This document shows, in pieces, positions 20,761-28,945 of a stretch of 64,000 nt of DNA. A model generated the notes under the pieces. The model was given only the letters and a program-made list of their open reading frames with translations, searched no databases and was not told the DNA's origin. How positions within the stretch are numbered: the stretch's first letter is position 1; each line of letters begins with the position of its first letter. The translations under genes were made by a program, and so were the position numbers. The stretch is from Candidatus Berkelbacteria bacterium (GTDB taxonomy: Bacteria; Patescibacteriota; UBA1384; 2-12-FULL-50-11), in contig CP066697.1 of NCBI GenBank assembly GCA_016432625.1, positions 17,415-81,414 on the forward strand, in the 5' to 3' direction.

Positions 20761-21049
20761 ATGCTCTGGGACATTCTCATAATCGCTGCACTTGCCCTGG
20801 GCGGCGGCTACTTTATCTACTGGTTTCTTGTCGGTAGAGAAGCAGTCGGTGCCCCGGAGGAAGCTGAAAGATAAGCAGGACGTGACGGCGGCAACCGTCG
20901 ATAAACTCCTGCAAGACGCCCACGTTAAGCCGGCCTCTGACTTCAAGGTCGTTACCTCGGGATCAAATCTCGACAGTACGGCCTCGGATGATGAGATTGC
21001 CGGTAGCGCTAAAGCGACTCTCGACAAGCTTCAACGCCCCAACTCGTAG
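20761..21049 (+). pseudogene. Small membrane-anchored protein, apparently split by a frameshift (37-aa ORF plus overlapping ORF)
   Basis: AGGAG SD then MLWDILIIAALALGGGYFIYWFLVG.. stop 20874; +1 frame stays open to 21049 and is followed by a hairpin at 21052-21080. Confidence 0.4.
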
Positions 21050-21145
21050 CCACGCCCTACTTCCTAGCGAAGTGGGGCGTCCGTCTACCCGCCTTCATTT
21101 TTAGCTCGACTATTGCTAGAATGGCGCAACATCTGGGAGGAACCG

Positions 21146-21529
21146 ATGACGTACCTATACTCTTTTCTTGGCCAACTCGTCACTGTGCTGGTTTTCGCCG
21201 GCGTGACCTACATTCTTGGTGTCAGGCGACACCGCGCGGCTCATATCGCGTGGGCGATCGTCACGACTTTGGTGCTGCTGTGGGTTATTCACCTGGCCGA
21301 AAGTCTGGGGCGCCAGCTTGCCTTCGACCGGACGGCGTATCTCGTCCACATGCCCTCAGTGGCGCTGACCTCGCTGAGCTTTATCTTCGTGGTGGGCTTT
21401 GGCGTCGCGCTGGCTCGGGGCAAACACGTTAGGTCAAAGCACCGAACATCGGTGCTAACCTTCCTGTTCAGCCTCATCCCAACCGCAATCAGCGGCATTT
21501 GGCTCGTTTCTACCGCCAAGCCGCTCTAA
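21146..21529 (+). CDS. Four-TM membrane protein (DUF420-like)
   Basis: GGAGG SD, four hydrophobic helices with His residues (RHRAAH, LVH, KHR). Confidence 0.6.
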   Translation: MTYLYSFLGQLVTVLVFAGVTYILGVRRHRAAHIAWAIVTTLVLLWVIHLAESLGRQLAFDRTAYLVHMPSVALTSLSFIFVVGFGVALARGKHVRSKHRTSVLTFLFSLIPTAISGIWLVSTAKPL

Positions 21530-21550
21530 GCGGAAAATCCAGTAAGCCCC

Positions 21551-22249
21551 TCATGGTCGATCATGCGGGGCTTGTCTGTTTTCATAGGCAGCTTTCCCTA
21601 TTAAATAGACCGCCCACCCTACGACAATCACGGCCATCAGTTGCACTGTGCCGAGCGCTAATAACTGCGGACCGAAAAAGTAAACAATTACGCCCCAAAT
21701 TATGCCCCACACAAAGTAGGCAATCGCCGAATAGAGCAGGAAGTGCTGAAAATTCGCTTGAATAATGCCGGCGCTTGTGGCAGTGAGGGCGCCGATATTG
21801 GGGTGAAAGTAGCTCGATAGAATAATGGGCAATCCCTTTTTCTCCAGGCGTAGCCGCGAATTTTCGAGCGGCGTCTTCAAACCGAAGCGCAAGAACAGCC
21901 GATACCAGCCGTAGCGGCCGATTAAGTAATTAATGACGGCTGTAAGCAGGAAAGCTAGCATAATCAGGAATATTACCAGCGGCACGCTTTGGTTGTTCTC
22001 GCGGGCAAACACTACGCCCAAAACCGCAACCGCCGACCCTGGCAAGTACCAGTTGATAAACAACAGCCCTTCGCCGAGCGCTGCTAAAAAGACTACCCAG
22101 TAACCGTACTGGGCGTAGTAAGAACGGGCGATGCTAATAAATTCGTCAGCTTCCGGCAACCCAAGCAAGCGGTAAATGAAGCCAAACAGGACGAAGGAAA
22201 CTACGGCGATCAATAAGACTGTTACCAGGCGTTTCGTCGGTGTACGCAC
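21551..22249 (-). CDS. DedA/VTT-family membrane protein
   Basis: YGYWVVFLAALGEG, LPGS, INYLIGRYG, SAG. Confidence 0.85.
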   Translation of the reverse strand: MRTPTKRLVTVLLIAVVSFVLFGFIYRLLGLPEADEFISIARSYYAQYGYWVVFLAALGEGLLFINWYLPGSAVAVLGVVFARENNQSVPLVIFLIMLAFLLTAVINYLIGRYGWYRLFLRFGLKTPLENSRLRLEKKGLPIILSSYFHPNIGALTATSAGIIQANFQHFLLYSAIAYFVWGIIWGVIVYFFGPQLLALGTVQLMAVIVVGWAVYLIGKAAYENRQAPHDRP

Positions 22250-22286
22250 CTAGGAATTGTAACAGATAGTGAGACGGGCTCCCTTT

Positions 22287-22943
22287 TCAGGGAGCCCGTT
22301 GACGAGGTAACTCGCTTAGACGTTCGTAGTTGCCAAGGTGACGCAGGGTCACCAGTACCGCAATGAGCCCACTGACAAGCAGGTTGTCTAGTACAAGCGA
22401 CTTGCTGATTACCGCGTCAGCGATAAAGAGCCCGACACTTAACCAGACGCCTGCTGTTGAGGCAACAGCGGTCCGCTCGGGGAGCCACCAGCTTCCAAAC
22501 GCCTTAGCCCAGAGCTTGACAAGCAACCAGACAACAAAGCAGATCAGCCCAACTGCCCAATTTAGGGCGAGGGTGATGCCGAAGCCCGTCGCGACGCCTT
22601 TACCGCCCCGGCCGCGCATGAAGGGCGAGAACATGTGGCCCGTAAGTGCCGCAATGGCGACCCAGACAAGCCAGATGTGATCGAACCCGCCGTAAAGCGG
22701 ATAGAGAAATACCGGCAGGAACCCTTTGGCGGCGTCGAGGAGCATGACTGCTGTTCCCCAACCTTTGGCCTTCTTGGGGCCGAAAACCGCTTCCAGTGCC
22801 CGCTCGACGTTTGTGGCGCCGATATTGCCGCTACCGTAGCGACGGATATCGATGCCGTGGACGAGACAGACTAGGTAGCCGAACGGGATCGACCCGATCA
22901 CAAAGCCGCCTAGGATAAACGCACGATCGTATGTAGAGAACAC
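22287..22943 (-). CDS. plsY: Glycerol-3-phosphate acyltransferase PlsY
   Basis: GSIPFG, DIRRYGSGNIGATNV, LLDAAKG, GHMFSPF..RGGKGVATG, RHLGN; GTG start after GGAGG. Confidence 0.93.
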   Translation of the reverse strand: MFSTYDRAFILGGFVIGSIPFGYLVCLVHGIDIRRYGSGNIGATNVERALEAVFGPKKAKGWGTAVMLLDAAKGFLPVFLYPLYGGFDHIWLVWVAIAALTGHMFSPFMRGRGGKGVATGFGITLALNWAVGLICFVVWLLVKLWAKAFGSWWLPERTAVASTAGVWLSVGLFIADAVISKSLVLDNLLVSGLIAVLVTLRHLGNYERLSELPRQRAP

Positions 22944-23050
22944 AGTTTCAAACCTCCCCCTAAGGGTACTAGCGCGAATTTTACGCATTTTAAACCTTAT
23001 AATCAAGTCCTTACGGTGCAAAAATCGCGGCTTTGTACTAGTATGACAGC

Positions 23051-23803
23051 ATGAACGAAGTAACTCTGCGTTTTGATTTCAGAATCATCACTATCCTGTT
23101 GTTGGTCGTGATTGGCGTCATGCTGGCGCTGTGGCAACCGTGGGCAGAAGCTGACAAACGTACCGTCACCGTTAGCGGCGAGGCCACAGTTAAAGCCGAG
23201 CCAGATGAATTTATCTTCTACCCGTCGTATCAAAAAACCGGTAAAGACAGCGCGGAAGCGATCTCGGCAGTTTCAGCATTCGGTAACGCAGTCGTCGATA
23301 AACTCAAGGAACTGGGCGTCGAGGACAAAGAGATCGTTGTGAATAGCTCCGCCAATAAAGATTACGAAGTCATGTTGGGTCGGCCAGATCCGGCGCCGAC
23401 AGGTGACGGCACTTACACGGCGTACTACTCGCTGACAATAACCCTCAACGACAAAACGTTGGCGCAGAAAGTATTAGACTATATCGTTACAACCTCGCCG
23501 CTAAGCGGTGTATCCCCCCAAAGCACCTTCGCAACGCAAACCAGAAAAGACCTAGAGTCGCGAGCTCGCGCCGCGGCACTCAAGGACGCACGCACCAAAG
23601 CGGAGCAAACTGCTAACGAGCTTGAGGCCAGTATCAGACAGGTGGTCTCAGTCTCGGAGCCACAATGGGGTGGTGTGGTACCAATGGCGCTTGATAGCCG
23701 AGCGATGGCTACCGATCCGGCCGAAACCTTGAGCGCTCCGAAACTGCTTGTTGGCGAGCAAGATGTGACGTACGCCGTACAAGTAGTCTTCCGCTTGCGC
23801 TAG
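23051..23803 (+). CDS. SIMPL (DUF541) domain protein
   Basis: TVTVSGEATVKAEPD, ARAAALKDARTKAEQ, GEQDVTYAVQVVF. Confidence 0.88.
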   Translation: MNEVTLRFDFRIITILLLVVIGVMLALWQPWAEADKRTVTVSGEATVKAEPDEFIFYPSYQKTGKDSAEAISAVSAFGNAVVDKLKELGVEDKEIVVNSSANKDYEVMLGRPDPAPTGDGTYTAYYSLTITLNDKTLAQKVLDYIVTTSPLSGVSPQSTFATQTRKDLESRARAAALKDARTKAEQTANELEASIRQVVSVSEPQWGGVVPMALDSRAMATDPAETLSAPKLLVGEQDVTYAVQVVFRLR

Positions 23804-23806
23804 TTG

Positions 23807-24319
23807 ATGACGGCCGGAATAAAGACAGAACGTAAGTGGTTGGTGAGCGCTCTTACCCTCGAGAGTTTCGCTGTCAAGAAAATCATTCTGCAAGAGCAGG
23901 GGTATATCGCGCCGCCCTCTGGTAAAAGGGGTTTTCTGCGGCTTCGACTCGAAGAAGACATAGATGGTAAAGGCGCGCCGCGTTACCTATTAACTATCAA
24001 GAGCGCTGACGTCTTAAACGAAGATCCGCCCGATCATGAGATTTCGAAGCGAGAATTTACAATATTATGGCCCTGGACCGAAGGCCGCCGAGTCAAAAAA
24101 CGCCGGCAGGTAATTGAGCTTGACGGCCGGCTTTATGATTACGATACCTATATATTCGCTTCGGACCCGGAGCTATACATTCTCGAGTCAGAATTCGATG
24201 ACGAAGAGGCAGCGGCTAGCTTTGTCTTGCCAGAGGCGTTTGGTAAAAGTCGAGACGTTAGTAATGATCCGCGCTATAAAGCGAACAGTATCGCCACCAA
24301 TGGACGTCCGCTAGATTGA
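23807..24319 (+). CDS. CYTH-domain protein (triphosphate tunnel fold)
   Basis: TERKWLV, QGYI, LRLR, RRVKKRR, ESEF, DVSNDPRY. Confidence 0.85.
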   Translation: MTAGIKTERKWLVSALTLESFAVKKIILQEQGYIAPPSGKRGFLRLRLEEDIDGKGAPRYLLTIKSADVLNEDPPDHEISKREFTILWPWTEGRRVKKRRQVIELDGRLYDYDTYIFASDPELYILESEFDDEEAAASFVLPEAFGKSRDVSNDPRYKANSIATNGRPLD

Positions 24320-24360
24320 CGGCGCTTTTCATCAGGCAAAATAGGACTACAATTATTTTG

Positions 24361-24888
24361 ATGGATTTCAAAAAGCGCGCCCCCCTATTTATAGGGATCG
24401 GTCTGCCAGTACTTATGGTGCTTGTAGTCTGGGCCAGCATCTCGCTTCCGAAACTGTTCGTTGACGCCCCGCAGCATAACTTCATTTATAGCGTTGACGT
24501 TGGCAGCTACTACGGCGGATCATCAGTTTACTACGCGGTTGAAAACAACCAGTTGGTCAGTCATCCAGTTCCGAAATATGCAAGCGACGCGTCGCAGCCA
24601 ACGATGCCCCCGCCAACATTATATTTGCACGACCTTGCCACAAACCAGAGCGAGGAGCTTAGTTTGGCTGACGCCCAAAAATACAAACTCAGTTCCGGAC
24701 CAAAATCTGCCGACGGTTTCGAGGTTGTGCCGGGCAGCTACGGCGGTGGCTTTCCACTGTTTTACGACGGCGGCTCCGGCCCAAAGTATTTTTTGAAAAA
24801 AGGCAGCTACACCAAAGAGATTGCGGTTCAGCAGTCTGGTAGCTACTACACTCCATATAGTTTTCACTTCTTAGGGTGGATCGAGTAG
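24361..24888 (+). CDS. Hypothetical membrane-anchored exported protein
   Basis: N-terminal TM, Tyr/Gly-rich, ends FLGWIE; TACAAT just upstream. Confidence 0.7.
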   Translation: MDFKKRAPLFIGIGLPVLMVLVVWASISLPKLFVDAPQHNFIYSVDVGSYYGGSSVYYAVENNQLVSHPVPKYASDASQPTMPPPTLYLHDLATNQSEELSLADAQKYKLSSGPKSADGFEVVPGSYGGGFPLFYDGGSGPKYFLKKGSYTKEIAVQQSGSYYTPYSFHFLGWIE

Positions 24889-25875
24889 ATGGATCGGGAG
24901 ACCTTGCTTCAAGCAATTCGGGAAGCCGCAGCGCAAAATACACTCACTCGAGAGGAAGTCGTTAGCGCTTACGACCAGACTACTTCTGTAATACCAGTAC
25001 CCGTATCAGCTACTAAACATCTTGGTGCCTCGGAGATGCTCTACTATATCGGCGGAGCGATCGTGTTCTTGGGTATCGCCATTATGATCGGTGGCAGCTG
25101 GCAGACTTTATCGGTGCTCTCCCGACTGCTTGTCACACTTGGCTCGGGTGTTGTTGCTTACGTCTTGGGGGCGATGTTTATCCGCGAACAACGTTGGGGC
25201 GGGCTCTCCAACGCCTTCTTCCTTATAAGCGCCCTAGTCCTGCCGGTTGGGTTACTTACTGTCTATGACGCCGCCGGTTTGTCGCTTAGCGAGAGTATGA
25301 CGCAGTTGACGATTACGGCGATCCTAACGGCCCTATTCGGCATCTCTTACTGGTATTACCGTAAGGTTATTTTCACTCTTTTTACGGTTATCTTCTCAAC
25401 GGCGTTATACTTCAGCGCCCTTTACGCAATCTTAGGTAGCAGCCCAGCGTTTAGCGCCGATGTCTTTCTTTACGGATTCCTGGTTGCCGGCCTGACGTAC
25501 GGCCTGCTCGCCTACCACTTCACTACTGATGCTGAAAATCGCGTCCTTACTCCCTGGCTGTACACCGGTGGCTCGTTGGCGTTTTTCGGTTCGGCGTTAG
25601 GCCTTGGGGGATTCTCGCCGAGCGCGAATGCGTTCTGGGAAATTATCTATCCGGGCTTGGTCTTTGGGGCAATGTTCCTGGGGATTAATCTGAAAATCCG
25701 GGCGCTACTAATTTGGGGCGCCATATTCTTAATGGCTTATATCGTCAAAATTACTGCCGAGTATTTCAGCCAGGGCCTAGGCTGGCCGTTAGCGCTGGTG
25801 ATTGCCGGCTTGTCGCTGATTGGCGTTGGATACTATATGTTCTACCTCAACCGCAAATACCTTTCGGTTAAGTAG
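24889..25875 (+). CDS. DUF2157-like multi-TM membrane protein
   Basis: LYYIGGAIVFLGI...W, about 10 TM helices. Confidence 0.75.
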   Translation: MDRETLLQAIREAAAQNTLTREEVVSAYDQTTSVIPVPVSATKHLGASEMLYYIGGAIVFLGIAIMIGGSWQTLSVLSRLLVTLGSGVVAYVLGAMFIREQRWGGLSNAFFLISALVLPVGLLTVYDAAGLSLSESMTQLTITAILTALFGISYWYYRKVIFTLFTVIFSTALYFSALYAILGSSPAFSADVFLYGFLVAGLTYGLLAYHFTTDAENRVLTPWLYTGGSLAFFGSALGLGGFSPSANAFWEIIYPGLVFGAMFLGINLKIRALLIWGAIFLMAYIVKITAEYFSQGLGWPLALVIAGLSLIGVGYYMFYLNRKYLSVK

Positions 25876-26286
25876 CTACTCTATCAGCTTGTCGTCGCCA
25901 TTTATAACTGTCGGTTTCATGGCGATAATTTCGCTCGAATAAAGCATCTCGGGAATCGGATTAAGTAAGAAAATTTTCTGCTCCCAAAAGTAAGCCATGG
26001 CCATATCCATTAGAGTATTGCCGCCGATGTAGTTTTTGATGCCGCGCTTGTCGTAGTTCAGAACCAGTAAGGCGTCGGCCCCATCCATCCTCTGCCAAAA
26101 GTGTTTTATCGCGTCCTGGTTGAACTTGAGCTCTAGCTTGATCGCTTCTTTTTCCTCGTCCGTCTTGCCGGCCATTTTGGCAGTTTCCATCGAGACTTCG
26201 GCCTGATGACCGAGCTGCTCTAATTGATGTTTCCACTCCATCATCTGATCCGCGAACTGCATACTGCCGGCGATGACTATCTTCAT
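25876..26286 (-). CDS. Nucleoside 2-deoxyribosyltransferase-like hypothetical protein
   Basis: [38 protein letters not shown]; ATG overlaps msrB stop. Confidence 0.6.
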   Translation of the reverse strand: MKIVIAGSMQFADQMMEWKHQLEQLGHQAEVSMETAKMAGKTDEEKEAIKLELKFNQDAIKHFWQRMDGADALLVLNYDKRGIKNYIGGNTLMDMAMAYFWEQKIFLLNPIPEMLYSSEIIAMKPTVINGDDKLIE

Positions 26287-26663
26287 CTCTTTTTGAAGTC
26301 CAAGCTCGTTGAGTTGACGCAATAACGCAGTCCAGTTTTGTCGCTAGGTCCGTCATCAAACACGTGTCCCAGATGACCGCCGCAATTAGCGCAGACAACT
26401 TCGGTTCGAGTCATGCCGTGCGAGGAGTCAGTTTTTAGCTCGACATTACCCTTGCTTAAAACGTCGTAAAAGCTCGGCCAACCAGAGTGCGACTCGAATT
26501 TGGTGCCGGAATCAAACAGCGGCTTACCGCAGGCGGCGCAGTTGTATGTGCCGTCTTCGTGATGGTCGACAAACTTACCTAAGAATGGCGCGTCGGTGCC
26601 GCCCTCGCGCAAGACGCGATACTGCTCGGGCGTCAGCTTATTTTTCCACTCATCGCTTGCCAT
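26283..26663 (-). CDS. msrB: Peptide methionine sulfoxide reductase B
   Basis: [35 protein letters not shown]. Confidence 0.97.
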   Translation of the reverse strand: MASDEWKNKLTPEQYRVLREGGTDAPFLGKFVDHHEDGTYNCAACGKPLFDSGTKFESHSGWPSFYDVLSKGNVELKTDSSHGMTRTEVVCANCGGHLGHVFDDGPSDKTGLRYCVNSTSLDFKKR

Positions 26664-27222
26664 TATTGACGGTATTGTAGCGGAAACAACTTACTAAATG
26701 GTCATTGACTAGCCCAGCGCCCTGCATGAAAGCGTAGCAGATCGTTGAACCACAGAACTTGAAGCCGCGTTTCTTTAAGTCTTTGCTCATCTCATCTGAC
26801 TCGGGGGAGGTGGAACCGATATCGGAATCATGGGTGTGGCGATTTACCACTGGCTGACCGTTCACAAACTGCCAAATATAATGATCGAAACTACCGAACT
26901 CTTTTTGAACTTCCAAGAAAGCTTTGGCGTTACTGATTGTGCCAAGAATCTTCAGGCGATTGCGGATAATGCCCGTATCGTTCAACAGCCGCTCAAAATC
27001 TTCATCATCAAAACTAGCAATTTTTTGAATAGCAAAATCGGCAAATGCTTGGCGCAATCCCTCCCGCTTTTTGAGGATGATTGCCCAACTGAGGCCGGCC
27101 TGAAATGTATCAAGCAAAATGTACTCAAAAAGTTTTTGGTCGTCGTGACAAGGCACGCCCCACTCCTCGTCGTGGTACTTTAACATGAGCGGGTCGGTTC
27201 CCGGCCAACTACAGCGCTGCAT
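26650..27222 (-). CDS. tag: DNA-3-methyladenine glycosylase I
   Basis: [44 protein letters not shown]. Confidence 0.96.
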   Translation of the reverse strand: MQRCSWPGTDPLMLKYHDEEWGVPCHDDQKLFEYILLDTFQAGLSWAIILKKREGLRQAFADFAIQKIASFDDEDFERLLNDTGIIRNRLKILGTISNAKAFLEVQKEFGSFDHYIWQFVNGQPVVNRHTHDSDIGSTSPESDEMSKDLKKRGFKFCGSTICYAFMQGAGLVNDHLVSCFRYNTVNNGKR

Positions 27223-27274
27223 TATTCATCAATAGCAAAAAGTGGCGGGGCGCACGAGGCGCCCCAGTCGAGAT

Positions 27275-27442
27275 TCACTTGTCGTATACCGCGACGTAAC
27301 AGTTGCCGGTACGCCTGATCAGCCACGGTCCCAGGAATGGGATCCAGCCGACCAGCAAGTTAAAGCGCCAACGGCGGTCGAGTTTGCGGAAAGCCGGATC
27401 TTTGGGATCGGCTGCTTCCACGGAGACAGAAAGTACCTTCAT
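27275..27442 (-). CDS. Small hypothetical protein (55 aa), not in the ORF track
   Basis: GGAGGT SD, MKVLSVSVEAADPKDPAFRKLDRRWRFNLLVGWIPFLGPWLIRRTGNCYVAVYDK, followed by GC hairpin ~27247-27265. Confidence 0.6.
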   Translation of the reverse strand: MKVLSVSVEAADPKDPAFRKLDRRWRFNLLVGWIPFLGPWLIRRTGNCYVAVYDK

Positions 27443-27471
27443 GAGCCACCTCCAGGGGTGCTGGGGTTATC

Positions 27472-27951
27472 TTAAGCTTTTTCCTTCAGTGCCGCTATGG
27501 TTTTCTCAATCCTACGCATCCGGGTCTCGGGTTTTTTCGCCTCGACAATATAACCCAGGTGTTCGCGCTGATGCGAGAAGGGAAGCTGGAAGAATCTTTC
27601 TAGCAATTCGGCCTTTTCGAAGGCCGACCGAACGTCTGACTCTAGCTCGACGTTACGTTTACCAGCATCTAGCCAAACGGTCACTTGAACACTTTGGCCT
27701 GGCTCTTTGGCTAACTGCTCACGGACGTCTTTGCGCAGCAATAGCATCGCACGATCACCGCCCATCATCGCTAAACTGCCGCGGTAATCGACTTTATCGT
27801 CAAAGCGCGCTTTTACGGGCACTAAGTTGCCTTTGCCGTAGGTTTCCTTGAGGTTGAAGGGAAAATCCACCCAGGCACCCCCGTTGTCTGTAGAGCCCTT
27901 TTGAATTTCAGCTTCAAATTCGATCGGGCCGGGGTCCCTAAGCGCCGACAT
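27472..27951 (-). CDS. DUF1905 + YdeI/OmpD-associated protein
   Basis: GGAWVDFPF, VPVKA, YRGSL, SHQRE..YIVEAKKPETRMRRI. Confidence 0.85.
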   Translation of the reverse strand: MSALRDPGPIEFEAEIQKGSTDNGGAWVDFPFNLKETYGKGNLVPVKARFDDKVDYRGSLAMMGGDRAMLLLRKDVREQLAKEPGQSVQVTVWLDAGKRNVELESDVRSAFEKAELLERFFQLPFSHQREHLGYIVEAKKPETRMRRIEKTIAALKEKA

Positions 27952-27957
27952 TAACTT

Positions 27958-28338
27958 CTACTTGGCGGTCTTAAGCATCTGCATCAAGCCGAAGACGTTA
28001 CCTTGCGGATCCTCACAATAGCACCAGCGCATAATATCTTCCGGCCCCATCGGCATATCGGCCAATGGTTTAACGACTTTGCCCCCATTCTTTTCGACTT
28101 CGGCGATGGTGGCCTCGATATTTTCGGTTTCGATGGTGTTTGTAGTCTTTTCCTGCTGAAACCGCTTCATGATGCCACCAAAGATTGCCCCAACGGCTCG
28201 ATCCTCTTCTTTGCCGACCATCCAATAGCCGGAATCTCCCCACTGGTTGATCTCCCAGCCGAGCGCCTTTTGATAGAACTCTGATAATTTTTCTGGGTCC
28301 TCTGCTCCAATTTCAAAGTGAACAACTCGATTTTTCAT
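27958..28338 (-). CDS. VOC/glyoxalase-family protein
   Basis: VVHFEIGAEDPE..FY..LGW, GGIMKR, DPQGNVFGL. Confidence 0.9.
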   Translation of the reverse strand: MKNRVVHFEIGAEDPEKLSEFYQKALGWEINQWGDSGYWMVGKEEDRAVGAIFGGIMKRFQQEKTTNTIETENIEATIAEVEKNGGKVVKPLADMPMGPEDIMRWCYCEDPQGNVFGLMQMLKTAK

Positions 28339-28353
28339 GGTTTTTTGACACAG

Positions 28354-28518
28354 CTAACAGCTGCAATTAACTTGGGCTTCGTTGCAACCAGCACACTTGG
28401 GCATGCAGTGCTCGCCACCGTGCTCATGAGCATCGTCGTGCTCATCAGACTCGGCTCCACAGATATCGCATTTAAATCCCACTGTCTCGTTGTCGCATTT
28501 AATGCATTTAGCCATCAT
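28354..28518 (-). CDS. Small Cys/His-rich protein (54 aa), metallothionein/zinc-ribbon-like, not in the ORF track
   Basis: AAGGAGG SD; MMAKCIKCDNETVGFKCDICGAESDEHDDAHEHGGEHCMPKCAGCNEAQVNCSC; 9 Cys including three CxxC, 4 His. Confidence 0.7.
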   Translation of the reverse strand: MMAKCIKCDNETVGFKCDICGAESDEHDDAHEHGGEHCMPKCAGCNEAQVNCSC

Positions 28519-28590
28519 CGCCTCCTTTATTTAGCTTTTCATCAGGCTAGCAGAAATGCGGGGTTTTTTGAACTAATTTTCCCCCAACCG

Positions 28591-28619
28591 GCGGAAGAGG
28601 TGGGATTTGAACCCACGAT
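28591..28619 (-). repeat. Direct copy of the tRNA-Ser 3' end (att-like)
   Basis: gcggaagaggtgggatttgaacccacgat identical to 28690-28718 (29 bp). Confidence 0.9.
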
Positions 28620-28690
28620 TTCGACCAACGGGAGAACTCACGGGTTCTTACCCGTTTCCAGAAACCAATTCTTTAATGCGCACTCTGTCG

Positions 28691-28777
28691 CGGAAGAGGT
28701 GGGATTTGAACCCACGATACCCTTGCGGGTAAACCGCCTTTCCAAGGCGGCGCCATAGGCCACTAGGCGACTCTTCC
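28691..28777 (-). tRNA. tRNA-Ser(GGA), CCA not encoded
   Basis: GGAAGAG/CTCTTCC acceptor stem, CCGCC-TTGGAAA-GGCGG anticodon arm, long variable arm, GGTTCAAATCC T-arm. Confidence 0.95.
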
Positions 28778-28856
28778 ATAACGAACGTACGCGCGTGAGT
28801 TTTCTGAACGCACGCGATGATTTTGCCAACTGGCCTTCTTTCGCAATGCTCAAGAC

Positions 28857-28878
28857 AGGCCACTAGGCGACTCTTCCA
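28857..28878 (-). repeat. Direct copy of the tRNA-Ser 5' end
   Basis: aggccactaggcgactcttcca identical to 28757-28778 (22 bp). Confidence 0.9.
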
Positions 28879-28945
28879 AGACAAACTCTCAAAGTCCTTT
28901 GTATTCTAACCTATTTTCAGGTTAAAATGCAGCCCAGGAGCGCCA

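Noticed and set aside
25876-28619. Prophage or genomic island integrated at tRNA-Ser
   Set aside because: The att-like copy is only ~70 bp from the tRNA; no integrase, phage genes or distal repeat seen
28591-28878. CRISPR array or second tRNA gene
   Set aside because: The repeats are two different tRNA fragments rather than one repeat unit, the fragments alone lack an anticodon arm, and no cas genes are present
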